A DNA stretch of 64,000 bases, taken from positions 69,626,001 through 69,690,000 of the forward strand of contig OZ024740.1 in NCBI GenBank assembly GCA_964016885.1, in the 5' to 3' direction. The notes beneath the pieces are model-generated. The model worked only from the letters and a program-made list of their open reading frames with translations, was not told the origin of the DNA and searched no databases. This document shows, piece after piece, positions 43,685 to 54,610 of the stretch (position 1 is its first letter; each line of letters opens with the position of its first letter). Position numbers and translations under genes: made by a program. Source of the stretch: Eledone cirrhosa. Taxonomy: Eukaryota.

Positions 43685-45032
43685 TTAGCCGGGGAGTGGA
43701 AAATCCTCCACAGGCGTTAGTTTTGGTTGTGGCGTGGTGGATGGTGTAGGCGCTGGTGCTACTTCTGGCGCGTTGGGTGGTGGTGGTGTTGTTTTTGCTA
43801 CTGTTGCTGGGGTTGTTGCTGTTACAGTTGCTTCTGTTTTTGCTGCTGCAGTTGTTGCTGCCATCTCTGCTGCTGGTGGTGGTATTGATGGTTGAGTCAC
43901 TGGGGTGGGTAGGAGAGGTGGCCTCATCCTTTTAGCCTGAGGGCAGAAATCCCTTAGGTGGGTTCCTTTACCACAAACGACACACCTAGGCCTTCTGCCC
44001 TCGACAATTACGGTGAGGTGGCTGCCGTCAGTGAGGTCTATAACCTCTGGGATCTCCTCAATGCTTTTTTGGTCCGCTTGGATCAGGAGCTCCATCCCAG
44101 ATCCGGACCAGTTCTCCTGCTTTTCTTTCGCTATTTCTATTATCTTGGTGTTAGCTTCGATGCCAGCGAGGACGGCAGCTATTAGCCAGGGAATTTCGAT
44201 GGCCGGTGGAACTTGGGTGACTTTGATCTTTACGAGTCTCTGGCCAAAATGACTTGGGACGAATGTGAAGTCGTCACTTCTTAATGGGGCCATGGAGTGT
44301 TCTCTAGCCTCCTGTGGTGTTTCAAAGAACACGTCCACGGTTCCATACTTCTGCCCACGTCTGATGTGGGGTTTTTTTGCCCACACATGTTCCAAAGCTT
44401 TTTGGATTTGGGACTCGGATGCCCGTTCCACTCGGCCAATTTTATATTAATTGTTCGATAAGACACGGTACATAGGCGCCGATGCTCCATTTTATTAGGT
44501 GGGTGGGGGTGACCCTGTACCCATCTTTCTTTACCATTTTTTTGGCTTCTTCTAATTCCTCATGAGTTACCTGAAATGCTTCGCACTGTTTTGCTACTCT
44601 GGTAAAACTCAGGGTGGTTTTCTTAATGTCATTGTTGCTGTTGTTGTTATAGTTATTTTTGTTATTATTAATTTTAGTTTCAGTTGTGGTGGTGTCGGCG
44701 TCAGTGGTGTTCGGTGTGGAAGAGTTCATTTTGGTTGAATTCATTTCGATATCACGAGTTAATTTATTTTTTCTTTTGTTTCTGTTGTCGCGGTGGTGGT
44801 GGGGGTGGGAGTTGTCGCTGGGGGGGGGGGGGGTCGCGGTGGTGGTGGTGGTGGCGGCTTTAACACCTGCAGTCATTGGTAATGGTGGGAAATGAATGTC
44901 TGCCTGAGACAAATTTAAAATATTGCTACTGCTTATATTTTTTTTAGTGTTGGCAAACGTAGTAACATTTACAATGGTGGTGTCGGTGTGAGGTGTTAGT
45001 TTGTGAGAAAGGAGTGACTCTGAGTCAGCCAT
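43685..45032 (-). pseudogene. Tx1 ORF1 (frameshifted; RRM-like region and zinc knuckle)
   Basis: ORFs 44442-45032 and 43685-44431; VIVEGRRPRCVVCGKGTHLRDFCP. Confidence 0.8.
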
Positions 45033-45271
45033 AATTTTTCAAAGAAAAATTTTTTTGTTAATTATAAAAGTTTAAATTTTGGGCTCAAGGCCCCAATCTT
45101 TTTGGGTGTCCTTTTCAGATAACAATGTATGTGCACTTATATACAGTTAACAATAAAAATTTTCCATGAATGGCAATTTTAAATAACTGAAAATAACAAA
45201 CCTTTGCGGAGCTCTCGATGATACGATTTACTACGTATGTCGCCAATAATAATAATAATAATAATAATAAT

Positions 45272-45450
45272 AATTCTTTCTACTTTAGGCACAAGGCCAG
45301 CAATTAACCAGTGCATTACTGGTACTTTATTTTATCGACCCCGTAAGGATGAAAGGCAAAATCATCCTCGGCGGGATTTGAACTCAGACCGTAAAGGGAC
45401 GTAACTATGCTGGAAAGCATGGCGTCCGACCCGCTACCGATACTGCCAAT
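45272..45450 (-). mobile_element. tRNA-derived SINE (family A) whose (ATT)n tail abuts the Tx1 5' end
   Basis: Family A sequence flanked by (AAT)n on both sides. Confidence 0.9.
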
Positions 45451-46309
45451 AATAATAATAATAAGAGATTAGTAACGCACAAAAATATCAACAGAATAAC
45501 AATAACAAAATGTTAATAACAACAAGAAGAATAGCAACAAAAATGTTTTCAATGTAGAAAATTCATCATACACGGCATTTAGCTTTTGTCGTAATTTATG
45601 AAGTGTCAAGGATGTTTAAGAAAGACTGTATTGAGTCGCATGATAGCAATGAATTTATGAAGAATTAGCGCATGACGACACTTCAGTTTGTAGCCTCGAA
45701 ACTTATTTTAAACAATCAACAGATCTTTCCTACTGCGTGAGTATGTGGTGAAGTGGAGGATAAATAACAAGATGTTGTGCCTTATTTCTACATATGTAGG
45801 CCTGGAATGTTTCGCTGAACAACCATTAAAATGTCGGACTGTGAGAAATAGAGAATAGAAATGAAAATAAATAGCTTAAGTTTAACCTACGACGCTGATA
45901 TCATCTGTCTAGAGAAAGAAATGATCAGATAGGGAGTTTGAATTTAACTAAATGTTATCAGTGTCTTGTTTTTTTTCTTTCACTGTTTAGTTAGTGAATG
46001 AAGGGTAGTGCTCTTAAACCTGTTCAAGGCCTTGGTGGGAGAGGGCGTCGTAGATATTTTTAAATTGGAAATCTAGATCAAATGCTTCGATAGTGATTTT
46101 ATATATAGAATGTTAGCTTTCTTCGATTTAAAGTTTACTCAGGTTGTGAAAAGCAGTCCCTATGATACTTTTAACGGTTTCATATACATAAGAGAGTTAG
46201 TGAAAAGGGGGTACTTAAACTGCAGTCCTGATCTGAATGGTCAAGTATTATTCTAAATAGAAATTTTTTAGTTTGTTTCTGTTTTTATTTTTGGTTTTTG
46301 TATTTTGAG

Positions 46310-47140
46310 CTGGGCAGGATTGAAATGCGCAGTGGTAACGAGTCTGGCAGGTGTAGAATAGCCGGTTGGAATTTGTTGCTGACTTAGTATTACTTAACCC
46401 GACAAAAGGTGGTGTCCGACATGCACTTGATAGGTTTTTGGCCGAGTGCAGCACGGCTAGAATGAAAATCAGTGCTGCCATAACCGAAACACTCGTCCTC
46501 GCAAAGATGCATGCGCAATGCTCTCTACATTTGAATGGAGTTCCACGGAAACAAGGGAAGAAGTTCAAGTATCTCGAAGACGTGTTCACGAGTGATGGAA
46601 TACAGGAGGCTGAATTGTGTGCAATAATTTCAGTGGCTTTTGCAGTAATGCACCAACTTCAGCTTTTGAGCATCATCAGAAGGGGGTAGGTGTAAAATCT
46701 AAACTCGCTATTTCCAATTCGATATACCTGCCAAACCTTACCTATGGTTAAATATCTTGTGCAATGTTAAGAAAAAATACGATCGCCAATACAAGCGTCT
46801 AAAGGGTCTTTGGCGCAACCGTTACTTCATGTAATGTGTATTTCAAATATGACAGGGTCGGTCCAGATAGATCCTCTACGTCTCCAAATTGAGGGATCAC
46901 AACTTCGATATTAGGGACATAGGGTTTAGAATATCTCAGGAAAGAATCGCTGGGCAGATTTTACGGGAAAAACCGGTCGACAGGATACCCCGAGCAATAT
47001 AGTTCGATAACATGCATGTGCTCGGCTACTTTCACTTGGGAATTCAGTCGGATCTATTCGAGGTGGTTGCCTCTGACAGGACCAGCTGGAAGATTCTCCA
47101 CCCGTAACCCTCCAAAGAATAAGTGAGCGAAGGAGGAGTA
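46310..47140 (+). mobile_element. RTE-clade (Expander/Rex3-like) LINE 3' portion, decayed
   Basis: LEFVADLVLL...MKISAAITET...KKFKYLEDVFTSDG...AFAVMHQL..., PNLTYG. Confidence 0.8.
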
Positions 47141-47423
47141 GGGGGAGATATTTCGATATTTTATATTTAAATCAGCAGAACCCTCTGAAGATGGTGAGTT
47201 AGAAATATTTAAATTAAACGAGATTATACCCGCAATTTCAGGACAGAAACTTTCAAATAACGTGAAGCAATCAAGGGAGGTAACATGTTTAGCCTAAGCT
47301 GATCTAAAATTTTCGAAACTATTGGAAACAAATCAATGAGATTTGTCTATTAACCAACTTGGTGAAAGCAATGGACATGCTTCAATTTTATTAAACCCAA
47401 GGTTTCTATATAACTATACATAT

Positions 47424-47506
<83 letters not shown>

Positions 47507-47782
47507 AAAAAAGGGAATCAGTGTTGCGACGAATGGAATTTATTGGACATATTACAATCGTTTCTCTGGCATCCAACAACAATTATATATATATATATAT
47601 ATATATAATATAAAAATAATAATGTTCGCTCTACATGGCTGAATAGAATAAATGTAATCTGAGTTTTTCGAATATTAATAATAACATTCGATTTGTTTGC
47701 AATTATGCAAACAAGCCTCAATTCTATAGCCATGCCAGTAGAATGAATCCTTCATTCTTGCTCTTGTGTTGGCATGCGAACA

Positions 47783-47832
47783 GAACTGCAGACACTAATG
47801 TTTCTGGGTATCACCCTTCATCAGCACAGCTC
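47783..47832 (-). ncRNA. Type I minimal hammerhead ribozyme
   Basis: gagctgtg CTGATGA a gggt gat accc a GAAAC attagt GTC tgcagttc. Confidence 0.8.
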
Positions 47833-48070
47833 ACTGTTCACCTGCCGTGGTAGTGAAAATATATGCTATTTTCAAAATTACACAGTGACTGATCGGCAAA
47901 GCCGGCCATTTATCGCTCGTGTACAGGAAACTGACTGGCCAGTCTGCTGATATGCAAATCTGGCTGATCAGCGAGTATGCTAATATGCGAATCAGGCCGA
48001 TCAGTCACTGTGTATTTTTGAAAATAGCATATATTTTCACTAGCTCTGACAGTTTGGCAGGTGAACAGTT

Positions 48071-48118
48071 AGCTGTACTGATGAAGGGGGATACCCAGAA
48101 ACATTAGTGTCTGCAGTT
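48071..48118 (+). ncRNA. Type I minimal hammerhead ribozyme (other arm)
   Basis: agctgta CTGATGA a ggg ggata ccc a GAAAC attagt GTC tgcagtt. Confidence 0.8.
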
Positions 48119-49644
48119 CTGTTCGCATGCCAACACAAGAGCAAGAATAATGTGTTCATTCTACTGACATGGCTATAAAATTGAGGCTTGTTTGCAAAAT
48201 TGTAAACGAATCGAATGTTATTATTAATATTCGAAAAACTCAGATTACATTTATATATATATATATATATTGAACAAACACTTCGTACTAGATAATAATA
48301 TATAAGCGAAATGAATATTTTATTAGCTTCGCCATCTTTTCAGTGCAGTTGCTGTTAAAATCGTAATCGGTGGGTAAACGTAGTTCTCAGTATAGAAATT
48401 CCGCTCATAATAAATGCATTATATTAACTATATTCAAAATCGAACTGACAATCTGGACTGGCAATTTTCTAAACATATTGCTTATTTCCAAGTGTGTTGG
48501 TGAGAAGACATATTACTAATAATGCTTCTTGCCATTTACGCTTCTTTTATTTTTGCTCTTACTGTTTCATCCCGCTTCATTTATTAATTTCAATGGCCAC
48601 CACGAATGTCGTCAACAAATCGACTGACATTAAGACCTCCCACGATGTTTCTCTATCTGACCAGCCATATACATTATTTACTATGTAATCCACCTGCTGG
48701 TTATTTGCACTTCCTATCAACATGGACCGTATTCTAAACATTTGATGGGAACTCTAATAAGTGCCATTGGATTATAAAATAGAAACGTGTTAAAATTAAA
48801 AGACAAAAAAAGAAAAACGACAAGATGTCTCCGATCTTTCCTCTCCCACTCTCTTTCTCTCTCTCTCCCTCTCTCTCTCTCTATCTCTCTCTCCCTCTCT
48901 CTTTCGTATAAACAATAATCAACTTATAGAACCGTCCTAATAAATCTAATTACCCTTCGTAGATAACATTATATGCCCAAGAAACGCTATAACAACAAAA
49001 CAACCCATGAGAAAACTACGCTTCCTCATCTCTAAATATTCACAAACATGTTAAGAATTCCCTTATTTACAGAACACTGTTATATTCACCTCACTGGCCA
49101 ATATTCTTGACAGCGCCTACAAAAATAAAATTATATCTGCTTGATTGGCAAACTCACATACATCACTAATCCGCACTTCTTAAATTTCCATTAAACCGAA
49201 CACTTCCTATGTTTATTTTAATGTTATTATAACGATCGTTCCTCCCTCTCTGTCATCCTCACCTCTTTCTCTTTTTCTGTCCTCCCTCCTTCTGCAAATT
49301 TCTTTACACGTTTGTTTCAATTCACATCATGCTTGTCTTGTGGTGAAATTAGTCCAGAACAAATACATGAAAACGTTCGTAGAACCATTATATGCCAGTT
49401 CGTTTTATTTGTATTTCTTATCTACTAAAACGAAATAGCTGCAAACCAAAGAATAGTGGATGCTAGGTGTTTCAGTTTACTCAGTTAAAATCCCAAATCG
49501 TTCTGCTTTTATTTCCATCTCTGCTTTGCCAGTGGATTTTACGCGGTGTTGTGACATATTAAGGAAATTTGGATGCTATTTCTAGGTCAAGCCACACGTT
49601 TGGGTTTTTAAAGAAATTATTGTAGATTATTAGTAATGAAACAA

Positions 49645-49838
49645 TAATTGTTTCTACTTTTTGGCACAAGGCTAGCGATTATCCCAGTGCATGACTGGTA
49701 CTTTATTTTATCGACCTCGTAAGAATGAAAGGCAAAGTTGACCTCGGCGGTATTTGAGCTCAGAACGTAGAGGGCTATAACTCAATGCAGCAAAACATGG
49801 TGTCTGACGCTCTACGATACTGCCAATCCACCGCCCTG
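49645..49838 (-). mobile_element. tRNA-derived SINE (family A)
   Basis: Full head agggcggtggattggcag and tail ccttgtgccaaaaagtagaaacaattatt; taatRaaacaataat occurs on both sides (probable TSD). Confidence 0.88.
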
Positions 49839-52160
49839 TACTAATAAAACAATAATATGGGCCAAATTGGCAAACAGTAGAACAAAATTATTTGTAGTGT
49901 TTGTTGCGGCTACCTAAACTCTGAGTTCAAATACCACTGTTAATTGTGTCCTTCCTCCGTTCGTGTTCAATATTGTTAAGGACCAGTCCAGGGCAGAGGA
50001 CTAGCGAAACTATTAGCGCATCAGACAAGAGGCCATGAGCTATTTTCTCTGGTTCTTTAAACTTTGAACCTAAAACCCGTCGAGGGTTATTTAGGAAATG
50101 GACTAAATCATTGGCCTTATTTAGCAACCCCACCCGGATAGTACGAAACCTTTACAGAGCCCCCTCTGTTGCAAGCTTTCAGACCATGTCGTCGGTAAGA
50201 AGATACGTTTACCCTTCTTTCAGAGGCCCTATAACGTCATAAGCACAGTTATTCACTTGTTGATTAAACAGAGGATAAAACAAGAACTAGACTAAATGTC
50301 TACCTTGCTTTTAACCTGAAGTTGCATTCTACTGTCTTCATATTAGTAGGGACACATAGAATAGTGCAGTTCTTGAGTTATTATATATGGGATAAAGATG
50401 GGATAACATTAACAATATATGTTATACTGTACATCAAACTATATATCTAGATTTTTAGCCATTAACGTATATATTGACAAGCATAAGTACATTGTCCTTA
50501 CATACATTATCATTCAAAAATATAAGCAAGAATCGACTGGACTGATTTCATTCCGGTCTGATATCTCACAAGTGAGTGAGAAATGTCTTTAACTTTCTAC
50601 GGAAATACAACATATAAATCAGTATTAGTACTTACTGGCTTTAAGAATCTGGACATACCAATTTGAATATAGAACATATGCTTGGTAGTGATATTCTTCA
50701 ATCAGTTGATGCTGCTTTAACTATTTGGTTCTACAGGATTTATTTGTAAATATTTAGCTAAGAGTATGTAGAGACAAGTAGGCAGCGAATTGACTGAGTC
50801 GTTAGAACTTCATTAGTATTTGTTCCAACATATAAAGCTCTTAGTTTTCCAACCTAAATATATTTATTAAACTTATGTAAATTTACCATCAGTAATATAA
50901 TTTATTGACGGCGAAGTGACAAGTTTGTTGGGGCGTCAGATTAAAAGAGCATTGGTATCCATTCTGAGACATTGCGTTCTGAGTTCAAACACTGCCATGG
51001 TCACCGTTGCATTGAATCATTCTGAGTTGATAAAAACTACTAGTCCAGAACTGGGGTCGATTTTTTTTCTCTTTATCTCTGGGAGAAATCAGCTGTGTTC
51101 TGAACTGGAGAGATCTGGGCTCCACTATGTTTAAGAAAGAAATGCCCAAGACACACTATATGGAACGACGGTAGCCCTACAGGTGTTAAGAATCCATACA
51201 TCCATACATCCGTACATGTCATAAAGACACAAACACATCCCTTTCCCTTATATATTATCTTCGAGGACAGAAAATGTGTTGGCTAGAAAGATACATATAT
51301 ATTTTGTAGTACAGCATAGCATTGAAATAAAACACTGTAAATACTCCAGTAATGTATTAAACGTATATGTGTTAGTAGTGACGGAAATAATGTGATTAAT
51401 TCTTGAAATACATTTGGTCGACCCTGTAACGTTGCTGTTAGCATCATGCGCTGGAAAAAGCGTGATGGAATAAGCAAACCTCTGTAATCAGTATCAGAAA
51501 CATGTGCAATAAACCTCGATAAAAGATATGTGTGTCAAAGGCCATCTTCTCAGATACACTAGTACATTGGCCCTATTTATTTTCATCGAGTTACATGGTG
51601 GCAAGTGAAAAACAAATGTGCATAACCCCACCCAAAAAAACCTTTCATTCCAAAGCCTCGATTTGAGATCACGCCCTAGAAACCATTTCAAAGATATTAT
51701 ATCTTAAACATACATCCATTATACCTCTTTGAAACGAGCACATGAAATTTAACAGTATGTTAGAAGATAAACACATTTGAACATTTGGTTATTGTAAAGT
51801 TGTTATTAAAAAATATAACGAAAGATAGTGTTGGCATGAACAAATCACTTACGTAAGTTGAAGAATCTGTCCATTTATAGCGTACCCTATTAATGTAATA
51901 GCAGAAGTTTAATATGTGACTATACACGTGAGGAACGCGTATCTGTGTTTAATTATTGTGTATACATATATGTATGCACAATAATTAAACACAGATACGC
52001 ACAAATATTCGTAAGTATTCTTATATATGAATGTATGTATTTAGATGCATATATATATATGTATACATACGTATGTGGCGTTTATATGTGTAACAGTTGG
52101 TGTATGTGTGCATATATATTCAAATATATATACATATATATATATATGTGTGTGTGTAAA

Positions 52161-52194
<34 letters not shown>

Positions 52195-52250
52195 TTTACA
52201 CACACTCATATATATATATATATATATGTATATATATTTGAATATATATG

Positions 52251-52295
<45 letters not shown>

Positions 52296-52459
52296 CGAAA
52301 AAAGTGTGGTAAAGATCCAGGTGGACCATAACGCACCAAAGTACTCAATACTTAGGCTAGTAGAGTTGGTAATAGGAAAATATTCAAGACCCCGACGGCA
52401 GAACTCGAGCCGTTTCGACGGCTATTTCTGGACAGTCCAGAAATAGCCGTCTCCTGCAA

Positions 52460-53580
52460 GCTGATTTTGCCCGTAAAATCTGTCCACTGATTCTTTCCTA
52501 AGACATTCTAACCCCATGCCAATAGTATTGGAACTGTGATCTCTCAATTCGGAGAAGTAGGGGCTCTACCTGGAGTAAATATCTGATCTGCGAGCTACGC
52601 ACTCTATCTAGTAGCATTACTCCAAAGACCCTTCGTATGAACCCTATGTCGACCGCTTGTATTTGCGATCGTATTCTTTCGGTCATTACCCAAGATCCAT
52701 CAACATAGGTAAGGGTTGGCTAGAACACCGAATTGAAGATAGCGAGTCTGGCTCTTTCGCCTACCTCCATTCTTATGATTACGGAATGCTGAAGCTGGCG
52801 CATTACTGCAGCAGCTCCTAGAATTATAGCCCTTAATTCAGCCTCCTGCCTTGCATCACTCGTGAACACGCCTCCGGGACACTTGAACTTCTCTACCTGC
52901 TTCAGTGGAACTCCATTTACATGTAGAGTGCAAAAAAAGCAACAATAGAAATTGTTCCAATTACAGATGGATCTCCTTGTTAAACATCCCTGGTAAAGTC
53001 TAATGTAAGTGTCTGGTAAAGTGATACAGTTAAGATTGTTGACTCCAAGTAGCTGATTAACTATGTAGTGTTCGCCCCGGACACAGCACAGCCGACCAAA
53101 TATTCACACAGCGGCAGGTCTTCGAGAAATTATGGGGGTATTGCTTGTTTTGTTGACCTTGAAAAGGTATATGACCGCGTTCCTCACGACATGCTGTGGA
53201 AGGTACTACTAACGGATCGTTGATCATCTCCTTACTGGCCCTTACTGTCTCTATATGAATTCCCAAGTATTTGTGTTTGGATAAATGGTGCTAAATCGAA
53301 ACCATTCAATGTGAGATTCAGACTCCACCAAGAGTGCGTACTGTAACCTCTCCTGTTCAGTACTTACATGAACGGGATTGACATGTGCAGCCGGGTTGGA
53401 AGTGTATCATGACTAGCGGGAGTAAAATCAGTCGACTGGAATTTGCAGACGACATGATGTTATTTAACTATTTAACTTGACAAAAGGTTATCTCCGACTT
53501 GCACTAGATGATAAGTTTGATGCCTAGTGCTACATAGCTGGAACGAAAATCAGTGGTGCGAAAACTGAGACGTTCGTCTA
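52460..53580. mobile_element. RTE (Expander-like) LINE with inverted 5' segment: 52460-52931 minus, ~53070-53580 plus
   Basis: Plus part has CFVDLEKVYDRVPH, PLLF, LEFADD and KISGAKTET; minus part continues LHVNGVPLKQVEKFK; both are colinear with 46310-47000. Confidence 0.8.
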
Positions 53581-53642
53581 TATATATATATACATATATA
53601 TAGTGTGTGTATGTGTGTACATATATATATATAAAGTATGTG

Positions 53643-53713
<71 letters not shown>

Positions 53714-54269
53714 TGCGTGTGTGTGTGTGTATACAATATATGAAAGCTGCAACTAAACACCACGAATCTATTTGTTCGGCGTGCTGTCGATTCTGCCGAT
53801 CCACTGCCTCTATAATGGTTTTAAATTTAGGCAATTAATAATAATGAATATTTCGCAAATACAAAATGTATCTTCTTGCGTTTGCATATATATGTGCATA
53901 TGTGTATTTATGTATTTATGTATGTATGTATGTATGCATGTATGTAAGATTCTGGCGTTAGCCCTTCGACCGAAGTAAAATAAATGAGTGAAGAAGTAGA
54001 AAGATAGAAAAGAATAAAAGGCGGAAGAAAATTGGATTTTTTTCAGGAGGAAGTCAGCCCATGTATGTGTGTATGTATGCATCTTTTGGCAGATCATTCT
54101 TCAATGTTACTGGTAACATGTAAGCCAATAGAACCTGTGCATGGTAGTCATCGGCGCCTAAGCCGGTAACCCCACTAAGCTTGCTCGTTGAGGAGCGGGA
54201 GTTTTTTTTTTTCGTTTTCTGTAGCGAGATATTCCTAGTCATCATTAAGACGTCTCTATAGGACTTCAA

Positions 54270-54610
54270 TCTGAATTAAAACACGCGACGTTGTTTGCAT
54301 CCAGTGAAGTAGACCAGTTCGTTTTGGGTAAATGCATTCAATATTCAGAGAATGGGATTGGTCCAGTGAAACGACATTCCTCACTTTATAAAGTTTCAAA
54401 CACAGGCATCGCTTGATATGTGACATTTTCTGGCAAAATATGACATTGCTGGCCAAGGGTAAGTCACTAGAAGAATTAAATGCCACGTCCGTCATGCTTA
54501 AGTATCAAGCAATGGCATTACTCGAAATCGAGTTGCAGCCATCATCATGTATGTATGTATGTATGTATGTATGTATGTATGTATGTATGTATGTATGTAT
54601 GTATGTATGT
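54270..54610 (+). mobile_element. RTE (BovB-like) 3' end with (TGTA)n tail
   Basis: Degenerate zinc-finger codons LICDIF..LLAKGKS; terminal aatggcattactcgaaatcgagttgcagccatcatca(tgta)n, similar to the inverted tip at 56702-56745. Confidence 0.55.

Larger units (their letters stand above)
39762..45244 (-). mobile_element. Full-length Tx1-clade (L1 group) LINE inserted in (ATT)n
   Basis: ORF1 with CCHC knuckle CVVCGKGTHLRDFC; APE VYAP, GDWNG, SYLDR, then GYWKLN; RT FRPITLLNTEFKILAK, LDQSKAFDRVDH, VRQGCPLS, AYADDV, GGLGMP; C-terminal CPRC..ETVLHALVQC; (AAT)n at 39743-39761 and 45245-45273. Confidence 0.93.
47648..48254. mobile_element. Non-coding inverted-repeat PLE end (arms 47648-47897 and 47996-48254), each arm with an HHR
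   Basis: ~250-bp complementary but diverged arms, ~98-bp spacer, (TA)n at the right end and nearby on the left. Confidence 0.8.
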
